This document shows positions 1 to 12,502 of a stretch of 64,000 nucleotides of DNA, one piece after another; within the stretch, counting starts at the first letter, position 1, and each line of letters starts with the position of its first letter. The notes beneath the pieces were generated by a model. The model searched no databases, was not told where the DNA came from, and worked only from the letters and a program-made list of their open reading frames with translations. Where the stretch lies: NCBI RefSeq assembly GCF_036321535.1, contig NC_087438.1, positions 8,806,001-8,870,000 of the forward strand, read 5' to 3'. The DNA is from Camelus dromedarius. Taxonomy: Eukaryota. The position numbers and the translations under genes were made by a program.

Positions 1-86
1 AATTTAGCATCCATTCCTGATCCTTGCCTCAATGAATTATTGTTACCGAGTCCAGATCTTCTAAAGACTTACTTCAAAAGTCTTGA

Positions 87-198
87 AATCAAGATATGAA
101 ATCATACGTGTTGAAACTTTTGAAAATTGCAAAGCATTATAGAATTCAAAGAATCTTTCATTCAATGAAAAAAGAGACTAAAAAAATAAAATTTGAAA
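87..198 (+). mobile_element. 5'-truncated non-LTR retroelement 3' end (L1/HAL1-type) with TSD
   Basis: 3' sequence GAAACTTTTGAAAATTGCAAAGCATTATAGAATTCAAAGAATCTTTCATTCAAT followed by an A-rich tail; flanked by an 11-bp direct repeat AAAAGTCTTGA at 76-86 and 199-209. Confidence 0.75.
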
Positions 199-2518
199 AA
201 AAGTCTTGAGTGTGAGCTACCATGGGAAGGAGCATTAATTTGATGAGGCGGTGCTTGGCAGTTGGGGCAATCCCTGGTGGGATTATAGTCAAGTATAATT
301 TTGTTAAGGTGGTTTTGTTCCCTAAGGAGGAGGGGACTATTTCTGTGTGTCTATGGCTCGTTGTTCTTTATTGTTTCTATAAGGCTCTCACTTACTCTGC
401 CTGCATCCTTCTTTCCCTTCTGTACCAAGTCTCCAGAGAGCATCTTTCATTCCAGGTTTCTCCCACTCACCCCCAGAAGTATTGCTTCCTCCTATGAACC
501 TGCATGATTTCAGGTCACTTTCTTTCAATTCTCTAGAAGCTAGTTGTTTTGGCTTGAATTCCCTAGGAAAAAAAAACATTCAAAATGCTCCAAAGGAAAC
601 TGGTAAGGATGTTTAGAAAGCGAAAAAGGAAAGCGAAGGAAACCAGGTGAGCTTGTGATACCCGGCAGGGTTGTCTGATATCCTCAGAGTTGTCTCAATC
701 ATCAGCAGTGACACCGGCTTTCACAGCCCACACTCTGTGATCATTGGGTGAGTGCCACCTTTAGTTCTCTGTGTCTGCAAGAAAAAGGGCTCCACAAACC
801 TAGCAGGGGTCCTCTGAAAAGGCAAGACTGATGTTGGCTGTTAGATGGAGTGGAATAAAGATGGGAGCATATGAAAATGCCATGAAATGGAAACTCAGAG
901 GATCTGGTCAAAGGTTGCCATTATCCACTGACATTCACTACGATCTACCAGATCCCAGACTGTCTTCAGGTTTTCTAGACCCACAATGAGGCTTCCTTAT
1001 TTCTTGCGGCGACCTTATCTGTATTTTGCCGCCTCTAGATCCCTCTCCTTTGTTGTGTTTTCCACAAAGGACCTCTTGGACTTTCTTGCTTCTGAATGGG
1101 TTCTAAGTCTGGCTTTGCTGGATTTGAGTGTTTATGTCCTATTTACATATTATTTGAATATGGAATATTCTCTGTCTCCTAGTTATGCTACTGGCCTTGA
1201 TCAAAGATTTTTTGTTTGTTTTGATTTATTTTACTGGGTGAAAGCATCTTTTGTTTTATTTATTATTATTATTTTTTGCTCTGTATAGATCTTTGGAGTT
1301 TGAGAGGAGAGAATTGGATTTAGGCTGTTTGATTTGGGGGTGGAGTATGTTCTTAACACCTTGTATATAATCTTTATGATGATTTCTTAAATATATTTAG
1401 AGCTTTATATAATATAAAAGCATTTTCAATTCATTATTTTCTTCAATATCCTTTAGAAAACTTTGGTATTTTTAATCATATTACATTTTAAAAAATGAGG
1501 AACTTGTGGACCAATAAACTTGAATGGGTTGCCCTAGGAGGCGTAAAATTCAATAATTCAAGGCTTATTGTCTCAGGGATTATAACGAGATATACCGCTG
1601 AGTTACATGCATAGCCAAACTCATATGCCGTGCATCTAGAAGCTAAGCATCCTGATTAGTGGATCCAATATAAGCAAATCTATGTGAAAAACTTTAGTTA
1701 GTTTGAAGCCGTCAATCAATCAATTCATCAATTCAAGAATTTATTGAGCGTCTATTATGGGTTTAATCACATTTCTTGAAATTTCTGAATTTTTATATGG
1801 TTTTCTTGTAACCCCATGTACTTTTTTAGTCTTATTAGAAAATCTTCTATTTATTTTGCCTTAATTTTGCAACATGATTGGAATTCTTGTTGTACTGTTT
1901 CTTCCTACAAAATCTCTTAGCTTCACCCTTGTAAGAATATATTAGTTTCATAAAGCAATTATAAGACTATTTTGCCTAAATGAAATATCTTTTCATTATA
2001 TATCTAGCCATTGAAATTGTTGATAATATTAATCAAACTCTATGATTTCATATAATATGTTCCTATGATTTTTTACAGTAACAAAGAGATTTTAATCTTA
2101 CCACTAAAAGTCATTAATTTCAGCTCAGATTACACTTATTGTAGATAAAAATTGGACTCAGCCTTAGATATAATCTTAGCTAAATTGAAGTTGGCAATTG
2201 AAGTTGATGAGTATTGCTTTTGGTCTTTAAATTTTAAAGGCCACACTTCTTTGGAGTAAGTTTTCTGTTCTATACTTCAGCAAGGTGGGCTTTATAAAAA
2301 TGTAGGACAAAGGACCAATGAACTTCACATACTTTTCCTTTCCATCAAGTCTTTCTATGCAGTAGTACAATGCCTGCTGGAGTTTCCTAGGAATGCCCTA
2401 GTTTATAGATTCGTGTTGAATCTCTGCTGAGCTAATAGGGGCTAATCACCAATAAAGAGTTAAAGTATGTTCTCTTTCTGGAATATGTGCATAATTGGAT
2501 TCCTGGACTCAATTCCAA

Positions 2519-2526
2519 TGTGTGTT

Positions 2527-2570
<44 letters not shown>
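2519..2570. repeat. (TG)n microsatellite
   Basis: Directly visible TG dinucleotide run with two interruptions. Confidence 0.97.
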
Positions 2571-2572
<2 letters not shown>

Positions 2573-3321
2573 GTACACCTCCAACAAGAAATGTTCCACA
2601 GACACCTGCTGGGTGTCCTATCATCCAACTCATTTATGACACTGTCTACCTGGAGACAGCATCAGATCCCACAGGTTAATGGTGCAGTCCTACAAGGCTA
2701 CCCTGACTTCCTCCAGCCCCCAATCACAAGCCCAGGTGATAACCTGTGCTTCTGACCTACTGACTGTAAATCAGAGGTTTCCAGAACCACCTCCTCAGGT
2801 TTGATTAATTTCCTAGAGCAGCTCACAGATACCAGATAAACACTTTAATTAGTAGATTACTGGTTTATTATAAAAGTATATAACTTTTATATAGGGTAAG
2901 GTATGGGGAAAGAATTTGGAGCTCCCATGCCCTCTTCAGTCGTGTTAGTCTCCCCAAACCTCCACGTGTTCACCAACCTGGAGGCTCTCTGAACTCCACC
3001 TGTTTGGGCTTTTATGGAACCTTCACTACACAAGCATGATTGATTAAGTGATTGGCCATTGGAGATTGATTCAGCCTCTGGCCTCTCTCTCCTCCCGAGG
3101 TCAAAGGGGCAGGACTGACATTTCTAACCCTTTAACAGTGTGGTTGGTTCTTCTGGTAACCAGTTCCCGATCCTTAGGTGCAGTCCAAAGGGCACCTCGT
3201 TAACATAAAGAAACACCTTTCAGGCTCTCAGCACTTAGGAAATAACAAGGGTTTTAGGAGATTTGCGCTAAAACTAGGGTAAAAAACCAAATATATATTT
3301 ATTATAAATAACAATATCACG
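2571..3321 (-). mobile_element. MER21-like solo LTR
   Basis: Motif GACACTGTCTACCTGGAGACAGCATCAGATCCCACAGG; right end ATTATAAATAACAATATCAC is the reverse complement of the MER21-type start TGTGATATTGT..TATAAT. Confidence 0.75.
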
Positions 3322-4314
3322 GTGCAAAACAGTAAACCTTGATGAGTAGGATAGAAAGCATAAACACATACATCTCAATTATGAAGATTTTACACTAATT
3401 AAGTGGAAATTTTCTTATGGGTGGATGAATGGGAAGAAATGTTTTCCAATGCCACACTGTGATTTCAGCAGTCTGAGTGTCTGAAGTATAGAAACACCAG
3501 CTATGCATAAACTCAGGGCTAATACAGCAGACTGGGCTGTTGAATGAATTTGTTGAATAAATGAATTGATTAATCTAGCTTGCTTGTTTTATTGATTGAG
3601 CCTGTCAGCTAATATTTCTTGAGAAACTGATTCTTTTTTCTGTTTCCAGTCCCAATAATACTAATGAGATCTGAAATCTGCCAATTTTTCATGTGGAGTT
3701 AAACATAAATTAATAGTAATGATTCCATTCCCATTTTATCCATTTATTAATTATCCTTTCAATCACAGTTTTGAAAGGATTATTTTTCTGTTATAACAGA
3801 TGGCTTAAACTTCTGTATTTAGCCATTTTATTATATCAAATGTGCGCTGTAAAGTATATATGCTATCCAAATTGAATGCAACCATTCAAGAAAAAAAAAG
3901 TTTTGGATTATTAACAAACATTTTTACCAACTTTCCTTGAATGAAAAGAATTCTTTTCAGCTTCAATAACTTTCAGTTCTTTTTGACCTTTTTTAAAATA
4001 AGATGTTATAGATTGATATTTTCATTATTACAGAAATAGAGTTTAATTTTCAATTTTAAATTTCCAAATATCTGAAAAGAATTTAATTTTATTTGGGGAG
4101 TATACATATAATTGTTTCAACAAATATATTTTCATTTTGTTTAGGAATTTATAGTCAACAGAATTAATAATCTGAATAGTTTTAAATTTTAATCTTCTGG
4201 ATGAGGTTCAATTGTATCTGCCAATTATTCCCAAGTCTTGGTCCACAGCTCTTATGGAAATACCATTGAAATTCTTTAAAATGTTATGTAACAGACTAAG
4301 CTATTATGAGAAAA

Positions 4315-4545
4315 TACAATGTGTTAGTTAAGAGTGCAGCTCCTAGAATCAGACTGTCCTGCTGTGAACACTGGTTTCCAGATCACCCTTAGAAAAATAA
4401 ATCAAGTAGGGGAGAGCCCCAGAATGCCTGTTCTATAAAGGCAGTTGCCCCAAGCAACTGTTTGTGTGCGTTAGAATTGCCCATACTATTTTTTAAGACA
4501 GTGAAGCTCGGCCCCACCCCCAAGCTTCCTGTTTAGTAGGTTCTT
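4315..4545. mobile_element. MIR 5' fragment followed by a MER5A-like fragment
   Basis: GTTAAGAGTGCAGCTCCTAGAATCAGACTG (MIR head); GCGTTAGAATTGCC...GGCCCCACCCC..TTTAGTAGG (MER5A-like). Confidence 0.5.
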
Positions 4546-4589
4546 GCTACAAGAGTGTAAAATACCTGAGTAATTATAGATATATAACA

Positions 4590-5240
4590 TCATAAAGATA
4601 TTAATATTCCCAAAGGATGTAGCTTGCCTTACCCGATATTAACACACACTATGAAGTCATGGAAATGACAGTAATATGGACCTGATACTAGATTAGGGAT
4701 TAATATAATTAGGGAGATCAAAAATAGTTACTCTATATGTACATATGCATGACTGGGACATTGTGCTGCACACCAGAAATTGACACATGGTAACTGACTG
4801 CACTTCAGTTAAAAAAAAATTGCTCCCCATTTGCAGCAGACCTTACTTTTTTGTGGAAATAGATTACAAATCTAGGAATAAGTAGAGTTTATTGGGATAA
4901 TCATCTTCATTACATGGGGAAAATTATATCCTTATCTCACACCACATATAAAACCATACCCTCAAATATTGATGATTTAAATGTGAAAGTATAAAATATA
5001 AAAATAAAAAACAATGTGGAAGACAATCTTCATTACTTTCAATGGGGAAGAATTTCTTAATCAAGACACTCAAACACTAAAGACAAATGTAATCAATTAA
5101 TAAATCTGACTACATCAAAACGATAAATTTTTACCAAATTAACAATACCATAGGCAAAGCAAAGTCATGGATCACGTGAAGGGGGATATTATTGTAACTT
5201 CTGGAACCAACAAAAATTAAATATTTATATACTGCACATC
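4590..5240 (+). mobile_element. Old L1M ORF2 3' remnant
   Basis: CTTGCCTTACCCGATATTAA, CTTATCTCACACCACATATAAAA and CTGACTACATCAAAA resemble L1 ORF2 C-terminal segments; interrupted by a younger L1 tail. Confidence 0.6.
4734..4819 (+). mobile_element. Young camelid-type L1 3' end nested in the old L1
   Basis: ATGACTGGGACATTGTGCTGCACACCAGAAATTGACACATGGTAACTGACTGCACTTCA followed by poly(A). Confidence 0.75.
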
Positions 5241-6679
5241 AAATAAAACAAAACATCATATCATTGCCTAAAAGACCTTACAGAATGAGACCTGCCCAGG
5301 TGCATGGTATGATATTTCCCCTTACCTTCTTTGCAATGATTTAATTTATTGCTAATAACATTATTTTAATGTTTATACATATCAAACTCTCCTGTCTCAG
5401 GAATTCTCTCATTTGCTCCTAATTCTGCTCCCATATAGCTTTTCAATCCCACTGTCATGTGTAGGTTTAAAATTTACCTCCTCAGGCATGCTTCTTTTGA
5501 CCATTTATAAATACCCCACCCATTTAATTTCTATGCCAGCACTCCATTAATTTACGGTACAGTTTTGTTTTTTTTTTTTTTTACAGTTGTGTAATTGTGT
5601 TGTTTAACTGTTGTGGGATCACAGAGAAAATATCTATCTTTCCACACAGTTTGGGGTTTTCTGAACTAATTTTGCTGAAACTGGAGATCCTGATCTAAGA
5701 GTAAGACTTAAAATTAATTTACAAATCTAGAGTGTGAGAACTACATAGAGATTTACATGGCTCCACCTTTCACGGCTGAATGACGACAGGGACATTGGAC
5801 ACATTTCTGCTTGGAGATACATAACTTATCTGGCCCTTGGAGACATTTTTACAAATTAAAGAATTGGAATATGGGCCCAGCCTCACTACATTTTCAAGGA
5901 GACCTCTTCAGGAGAGGGGAGGATACTGGCCTCTCTCTTCCCTCTGTAAACAGAGAAAATTCATTTTTTCTCCATTTCTTGATTATGATACAGACATCAA
6001 ATTCTGTATGCATCGGTACGTTTGCCCTGGCTTTTATTTTGCTGAACTAGGATAAAAATTGGAGTGTGAGGAAACATGTGGCCACTTTTTAAAGTAAATA
6101 ATTATAATCTTTCTTTGATTCAGAGCACTTCACATGCACAACACTGTACTGCTGATTAATGTAAGGAAACATCGTGTGTGTGGGTGTGTGTGTGCACATG
6201 TGCACCTCTTTGAGTGTAAATACTTACACGTGCCTGTGTGTGTTCATAGGCGCTTGGTTGCTTAACCATAATCTCTCTCCAGTTACACAGATCGCTATCT
6301 AGGGTTTCTCGCCACCCAGTTTCTCACCCCTAGTTGCTAAATCAATAGCCCAATTTTTCATTTTATCTATTTATTACAAAGATGCAATGTCTGTGCATGT
6401 GTGTTTCTCATTCAATCCCAGATCCCCGGTCTTCATTTTCAGTCTCCTCACTACATAGGAAGGCAGACACTTGTATGCTTTGCTTTGCCATTTAGCATAA
6501 TACTCATAATACTTGATTTACACATGATACTCACAATACTCATAATACTCTGTTTATTACATATTTTTATTGAACATGAACTATGAGCATATGTTTAATA
6601 AATAAATACACTTCCCAAACTCTAAAATGTTGATAAATTGAAATAAAGGCAGTTAAAGTTTTGTGGTTTTCCACAGTAT

Positions 6680-6821
6680 TTTTTTTCTTTTTTTGAGGTG
6701 GGGGTGGAAGGTAATTAGGTTTATTTATTTATTTATATATTAATGGAGGTACCAGGGATTGAACCCCAAGACTTCTCGCATGCTAAGCATGTGCTCTACC
6801 ACCTGAGCTATAGCCTCCCCC
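6680..6821 (-). mobile_element. tRNA-Ala-derived camelid SINE (Vic-1-like)
   Basis: Minus strand reads GGGGGAGGCTATAGCTCAGGTGGTAGAGCACATGCTTAGCATGCGAG..GGTTCAATCCC (A and B boxes) with an A-rich tail; TSD TCCACAGTAT at 6670-6679 and 6822-6831. Confidence 0.9.
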
Positions 6822-7992
6822 TCCACAGTATCTTTGAAATACCTGCTTTCAATCTACCTGTATACTTTCATTTAAAAACTAAAACTTGTTCAATATATTT
6901 GGACTAACTTTACAAATCATGAAAAGTTATTGAAGGATGTTTAGAATGCCCGCAGTATATCCTTATATTTTATGAGACTTTTGGCTATCAATCCAATTCA
7001 ACACCTACTTAATGTTATTTCAGACTAAGACCAATCAAATGGAAGATGTATCTGAATCTATGCAGGATTTACAGTATCCTAATGATTCCTAGGTCTACAT
7101 AAACAAAATTGTCTAAGTCCTGTAATTATTGACAATTATTTATATCCCATCACTTTTGGCAAAATGTTTTTGCTTTCTCTGACACATAACTCATATAGCA
7201 TATTACAAATCCATATCTCAAGCTTCACTTAAATTTATTATTTTTTTCTTACTCGAGCATATATAATTATTTTCATACATTTTTCAATTGATAAGTGATA
7301 GATTTTTTTCCTATAATGATTCCTATCTCATGTCAATGGCTGATTTGTGTTCCATTTTTCATGTTTTATTGGCACTTTAAAATAGCTTCATCAAATACAA
7401 ATCACAATGATTAACTTAATGCAACATACAAAGTGAAATAAGAATATGTATTTGCATTAAAAAAGCCTAACATTTTAGTAATTCAACACAAGGGCATACA
7501 AAGTGGTTTCCTTGACAACAAGAAATAGTCAAAATTTATTTGTGAGTTTAAAATTATGTTATCTCATAATTCTGTGCATATTCTGATTGTTTTTAACTTA
7601 CTGTGAGAAAATTCTTTTGTGCTAAACAAAAGTAGGTAAAATAATCCTGTCATTATAAAAGAACAAATCTTACCCAGATCCAGAGAACACAAAAGAAATG
7701 GGGCTAAGCAAAATAGACCTTCTTTAATTTAAATTAAAAAGAACTTTAAAAACACTCAATTAATATTTTTGAAAATATAAAAGTTTTAGTTTAATAAGTA
7801 TTTAAGAAAATAAACCTGGGATTAAGATTGTTTAAATCTGTTAGTTACCCAGATGCATACCAAATGTAGATGCTTCCATAAAAGAGTCAGATAATGGGTT
7901 TTATGTAATTATTTAAAGTATCTATCTATTATCATTATTGTCTGTTATTTGAACATAATATTGCTAATTGCAAAATAGAAGTACTGCATCAG

Positions 7993-8464
7993 TGTATTAA
8001 TCAGATTTCTCCAGAGAAACAGAACCAGTAGAATCCACTTATATTAAGAGATTTAAGGAATTGGCTCATATGATTGTATGGATTCAATCATATGAGTATG
8101 GGTGGTGTATGGATTTTGGGTAAAACAAAAATCTGTAGGGCAAACTGTCAAGCTGGAGATTTAGGTAGGAGCTGATGTTTCAGTCTTGAGTCTGAAGGCT
8201 GGAAAACTGTGGCAGAATTTCCATGTTGGAGCTTGGAGGCACAATTCCTTCTCCAAGAAACCTCAATCTTTGCCCTTAAGGCTTTCAGTTGGTTGGATGA
8301 GACGCCAGGCATAATGGAAGGTGATCTGCTTTACTTACAGTCAATAGATTATAAATATTAATCACATCTGAAAAATATCTTTACAGCAACATTTAGACAA
8401 GTGTTTGAGCAAACATCTCATCACCACTGTCTAGTCAAGTTAATGCATAAAATTAACCATCACC
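7993..8464 (-). mobile_element. MLT2 (ERVL) solo LTR
   Basis: Termini TGTATTAATCAGATTTCTCCAGAGAAACAGAACC ... CATAAAATTAACCATCAC match MLT2 ends in reverse orientation. Confidence 0.85.
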
Positions 8465-8469
8465 ATCAG

Positions 8470-9000
8470 GAATTAAGATTTCTATTTCAAGTAGCAGATG
8501 CTCCAAATCAACACAATTTGAATAGTAAGGATACTTATTACTTCAAATCCAAGGAAACCCAGTGGCTCCAGTGTTGGTGGAATCAGATCCTTTCTGTCCT
8601 TCAGGTCTGGTATTTTCCAGGCTGACTTCATCTGCAAACTTACAGGAAGAGAGTTATAGCATTTTAAGACCTCATATCCAGAGACAAAAGGGAAAGACCA
8701 TTGCTTCCTATGTCTTTTTCTTACAGTTAAGAAATTTATCTTGCCCTGTGTTTCTCTTCATCTAGTGGTTCAACTGTATTCTTTAAAATGAAAGAAAGGA
8801 AAAGAAAGAAAGAAAATCCCACTCTCTGGCTTTCCCAGAAATCGCCACATCAGGCATCTCACATCTCAGTAGCCAGAATCAGATCACATGCTCATGTCTG
8901 AGTCACACTGTCAAGAGGAACAGCAGAACCTGTCCTGGCTTGGACTGGTCATCTGATGAGGAGCAGGCACTTTGGAGACAACCACAATGTCTCCCATAAC
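8470..9000 (-). mobile_element. Old MaLR LTR (MLT1K/L-like), degraded
   Basis: CTCACATCTCAGTAGCCAGAATCAGATCACATGCTCATG is typical of old MLT1. Confidence 0.5.
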
Positions 9001-9089
9001 CAATTATATTTTTATTTTCATATATTTTATATTTTATTTTCATATTTCTTTGGGATTGTGCTTATTCTATTTGCAGATCTTGCTGGTAA

Positions 9090-10050
9090 TCTAAAAATAC
9101 TGATGATGTCTGCATAGATGTGAGTCTCAAATCCTGTACTTTCTCCTGCTTACTGAGCGTTTCTACGAGAATGTTCTATAACTTCCTGAAATTCAACATT
9201 TGTAAAACGAGCTGCTAATAGTCCTCTCTAACCTACTATAACATTTATTTAGTGACAAGATCAACCATTTACTCAGTTGCTCCACAGAGAAAACTTAGAG
9301 TCAACCCAGATGTCTTATTTTCTTACACCTCTACCCAGTTGTTTACAAAATCCAGATGGTTTTACCCTAAATTCTTGATTCAGACTCCTCTTATCCATTG
9401 CCATTGCCACTTTCCTGATCTAGACCTGTCCATGCAAAATTATGAATGGGCATGATCTTTCCCCTACCTTTGAAGCATACTACTGTCAAAGTTATTTTTC
9501 CAAAATTCAGATCTAACCATTTTGATAACATCATCAAAACCCTTCACAAGAACCCTTTAGCTTATGAGATAAAATCTTAAATACTTTACATACATAAAAA
9601 TCATAGGTGTGTATAAATACATTATTTCCTTTCTTACCATTACCAACATTCTTACATATAAACAGTGCTTGAAACATATAAACTACTACATATGCTTCCT
9701 TAAAAAGCAAGATTTGTCCCATATCTGAGCCCATTTCCTACACTGCTCTTATCCCAGAAGGAAATTCCCTTCCCTTAAACTGTCAAAATTTTCATCAGTT
9801 AATTTTATCTACTCAATCCAAGTAGATAAATATAAATTTCAAGTTCCTTGCTAAGTCTTCACAAGGCTCCTCTGTCTTGCTCCCCAGAGAAAAAAGAAAT
9901 ACCTGCTGCTTATCTATTCTTAGCTATACATATCCACTTAATTTTGGAGACTGTGACCAACTGGAGGGCTGGAACTGATGTTCAGCTTTGCATTCCAGAA
10001 AGTAACAGAGTGACTGCCACATATGTGATGCCCAATGGATAGTTGTAATG
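9090..10050 (+). mobile_element. L2 3' region, degraded
   Basis: CTGAAATTCAACATTTGTAAAAC, ACCATTTACTCAGTTGCTC and AAACTTAGAGTCA are typical L2 3' motifs. Confidence 0.6.
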
Positions 10051-10089
10051 ATGTTTGGAAAAATGAGTATTTATGATGGTTTCAGAGAC

Positions 10090-10290
10090 TTTACAAAGAC
10101 TTACAAATTGCCAAAATCTTAAATGGATTATGCTATCTAATAACCATAATAAGCCCTTAAACCAATGTGATATAATTATCATTCTTTTTCAGAGGAGGAA
10201 ACCATGGGTTAAAGTCAACTGTAGTAAAGGTAGGACTCAAACTAAGTTCTGTGTTTATGGTCACAATCGTGAACCTCACTGTCACCATGA
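10090..10290 (-). mobile_element. MIR, degraded
   Basis: ATTCTTTTTCAGAGGAGGAAACC resembles the MIR core in reverse orientation. Confidence 0.5.
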
Positions 10291-10633
10291 ATAAATAAAT
10301 CAATGGGTGAATGACTGTCCTATTGCTTTACCAGCATGCTGAAATTTTCTCTCAAATACACTATGTCTCATTTTAATTGCTGGGTTAATCTGCTTGTTCC
10401 TTGATTTTTTTTCTAATACTATAAATAATTATAGATCTTAAATAATTATACTGCAATTCTTTCAGAAGTTAGCATCTTATTTGCATGCATGCATGCATCC
10501 ATTCATTCATAAAGCATTTATTAAGTCTATATATTGTTCAAAACACTGTAATTATCCTGAAATGACCTGGAGAAAAAAAATCATGATTAGGTCCTATATC
10601 AAGCTAGTTGAAAGCCCAAGATGCCAGGATACT

Positions 10634-10750
10634 TGTATTATTAGTCAGGGTTCTCTGGAGAAATAGAAATAACATAATAGTTGCTTGCTTGTTTGTTTGT
10701 TTATTATAAAGAATTGGCTCTTACAATTTTGGAGGCTTGATTCCATCAAG
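10634..10750 (-). mobile_element. MLT2 LTR terminal fragment
   Basis: ATTAGTCAGGGTTCTCTGGAGAAATAGAA...AAGAATTGGCTCTTACAATTTTGGAGGCT; ends abruptly before a T16 run. Confidence 0.7.
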
Positions 10751-11810
10751 ATTAGCTAACTTTTTTTTTTTTTTTTGCTTTGAAAATTCACACAATACTT
10801 TGGAGAATGAATCATTAAGCTAAAATTATTTACAAAAAATTTCCCTGTAAGGGTATCTTTTTATTGCATTATCCTTCAGTTACTAGAGTGATGTTATCTT
10901 AAATGAAATTATAGTCTGGGCAAAGAGATGTACTTTGTTAGGTAAATGTGCATAAATGCTCCATGTTTACAAATATAAGGCTCAAATATTTTACGCCATA
11001 TTGTGCAATGCTTGTTCCTATATTGTTGTTATTTTCATTTGTACACTTAGATTTTACCAGGAATGTCTAAACAGGTGACTTCTTTGGTTAGGGAAGCTTG
11101 TGTTGTTGTGGCATAAAATGATACAAGTTTTTAAAATAGCCAAGAGGCTGTTTTTATAGTGTCTAGATTACACATGCAGGTTTTTAAGAAAATGGCAAGC
11201 AAGGTGTGTGGGGGCCTTAGATCAACAGCAGGGATCTTGTTCTGGGTATTACTAAAGCAGTTGGGGGCATCTAGGTTTTTTAGCTGACACTAGATTTGTG
11301 TGCAGTCTGCTGTGGTTTGTCTATACAAACAACATTTGTATGAACCTTAGTACATACTGAAATGAGCTGAAAGGGAGCTGCATCAGAATTATGTATTCAG
11401 GAATGCTCTAATTAGTAAAAACAGCTGAAGTAGGCTTCAATTATTGGGAAAAGGCAATCCATCAAAAATTACAAGGCACAAAAAGCAAAGAAAAAGAAAA
11501 AAACATTTTCAAGGCATATAGTAATAAGCAGAACCAGACTCAGATGTTGGAACTGCCAAGGAGGAATTAGAAAATCTATGATTTATATGCTAAAAATCTA
11601 GTAGAAAAGGTGGACAACAGCCATGAGCAGATGGGAATTTCAGCACAGAAATGGAAATGATAAGAAAGTGATGAAAGGGAGTGCTAAAAACAATATCATA
11701 TATGAAAAATTTATTTGATGTGCTTATCTCAAAACTCTACATAGTAATGTAGTTGAGTAAAGAATCCTTACTTAAAGATATACCAATAGAAATGTCAAAA
11801 TACAAAAGAT

Positions 11811-12270
11811 TTATGGCCTTTATTAAGTTGAGGTATGTTTCCTCTGTGCACATTTCCTTGAGAGCTATTGTTATAAACATGTGTTAAAATTTGTCAAAAG
11901 CTTTTTCTGCATCTATTGGGAGGATATTACATTTTTTTTTTCAATTTGTTAATGTAATATATCACATTGATTGATTTGTGGATATTGAACCATCCTTGCA
12001 TCTCTGGGATAAATCCCACTTGATCATGGTGTGTGATCCTTTTAGTGCATTGTTGACTTTGATTTGTTAACATTTTGTTGAGGCTTTTTGCATCTAAGTT
12101 TATCTGTGATATTATCAGTGATATTGGCCTGTAGTTTTCTTTTTTTTATATTGGCTTTGTCTGGATTTGGTATCATGGTGATTCTGGCCTCATGAAATGA
12201 GTTTGGGAGCATGACTTCCATTGCATTTTGGGGAATAATTTGAGAAGGATAAGTGTTAACTCTTTTTTAA
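11811..12270 (-). mobile_element. Inverted L1 ORF2 reverse-transcriptase fragment nested in the older L1
   Basis: Minus strand translates in pieces to [51 protein letters not shown] and IDAEKAFDK. Confidence 0.92.
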
Positions 12271-12502
12271 ATATACAACATGATTAATATAATTAACACT
12301 GGTATACCTTATATGTGAAAGTTGTTAAGTGAGTAAATCCTAAGAATTCTTATTACAAGGAAAAAATTTTTCTTTTCTTAAATTTTGTATCTATATGACA
12401 CAATGGATGTTCATTTAACATATTGTGGTAATCATTTTATGAAGTCTATAAATTTAGATCTTAATAAAACTGGAAGGAAAACATTTAAGAAATAAAAAAG
12501 AA
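12271..12502 (+). mobile_element. L1 3' UTR end (L1MA9-like)
   Basis: GAAAGTTGTTAAGTGAGTAAATCCTAAGAATTCTTATTACAAGG...GTGGTAATCATTT...AATAAAACTGGAAGGAAAA. Confidence 0.8.

Noticed and set aside
2467..2755. VC-repeat ORFs (also at 48169-48357)
   Set aside because: Translations of TG/CA microsatellites
3630..3700. Isolated splice-like sites (acceptors near 3649 and 49197, donor near 56662)
   Set aside because: No matching partner site enclosing an open frame that I could support; such motifs are common by chance
6495..6550. Short CATAATACT repeats, considered as a CRISPR-like array
   Set aside because: A few 9-bp units without regular unique spacers; a simple slippage repeat in eukaryotic DNA
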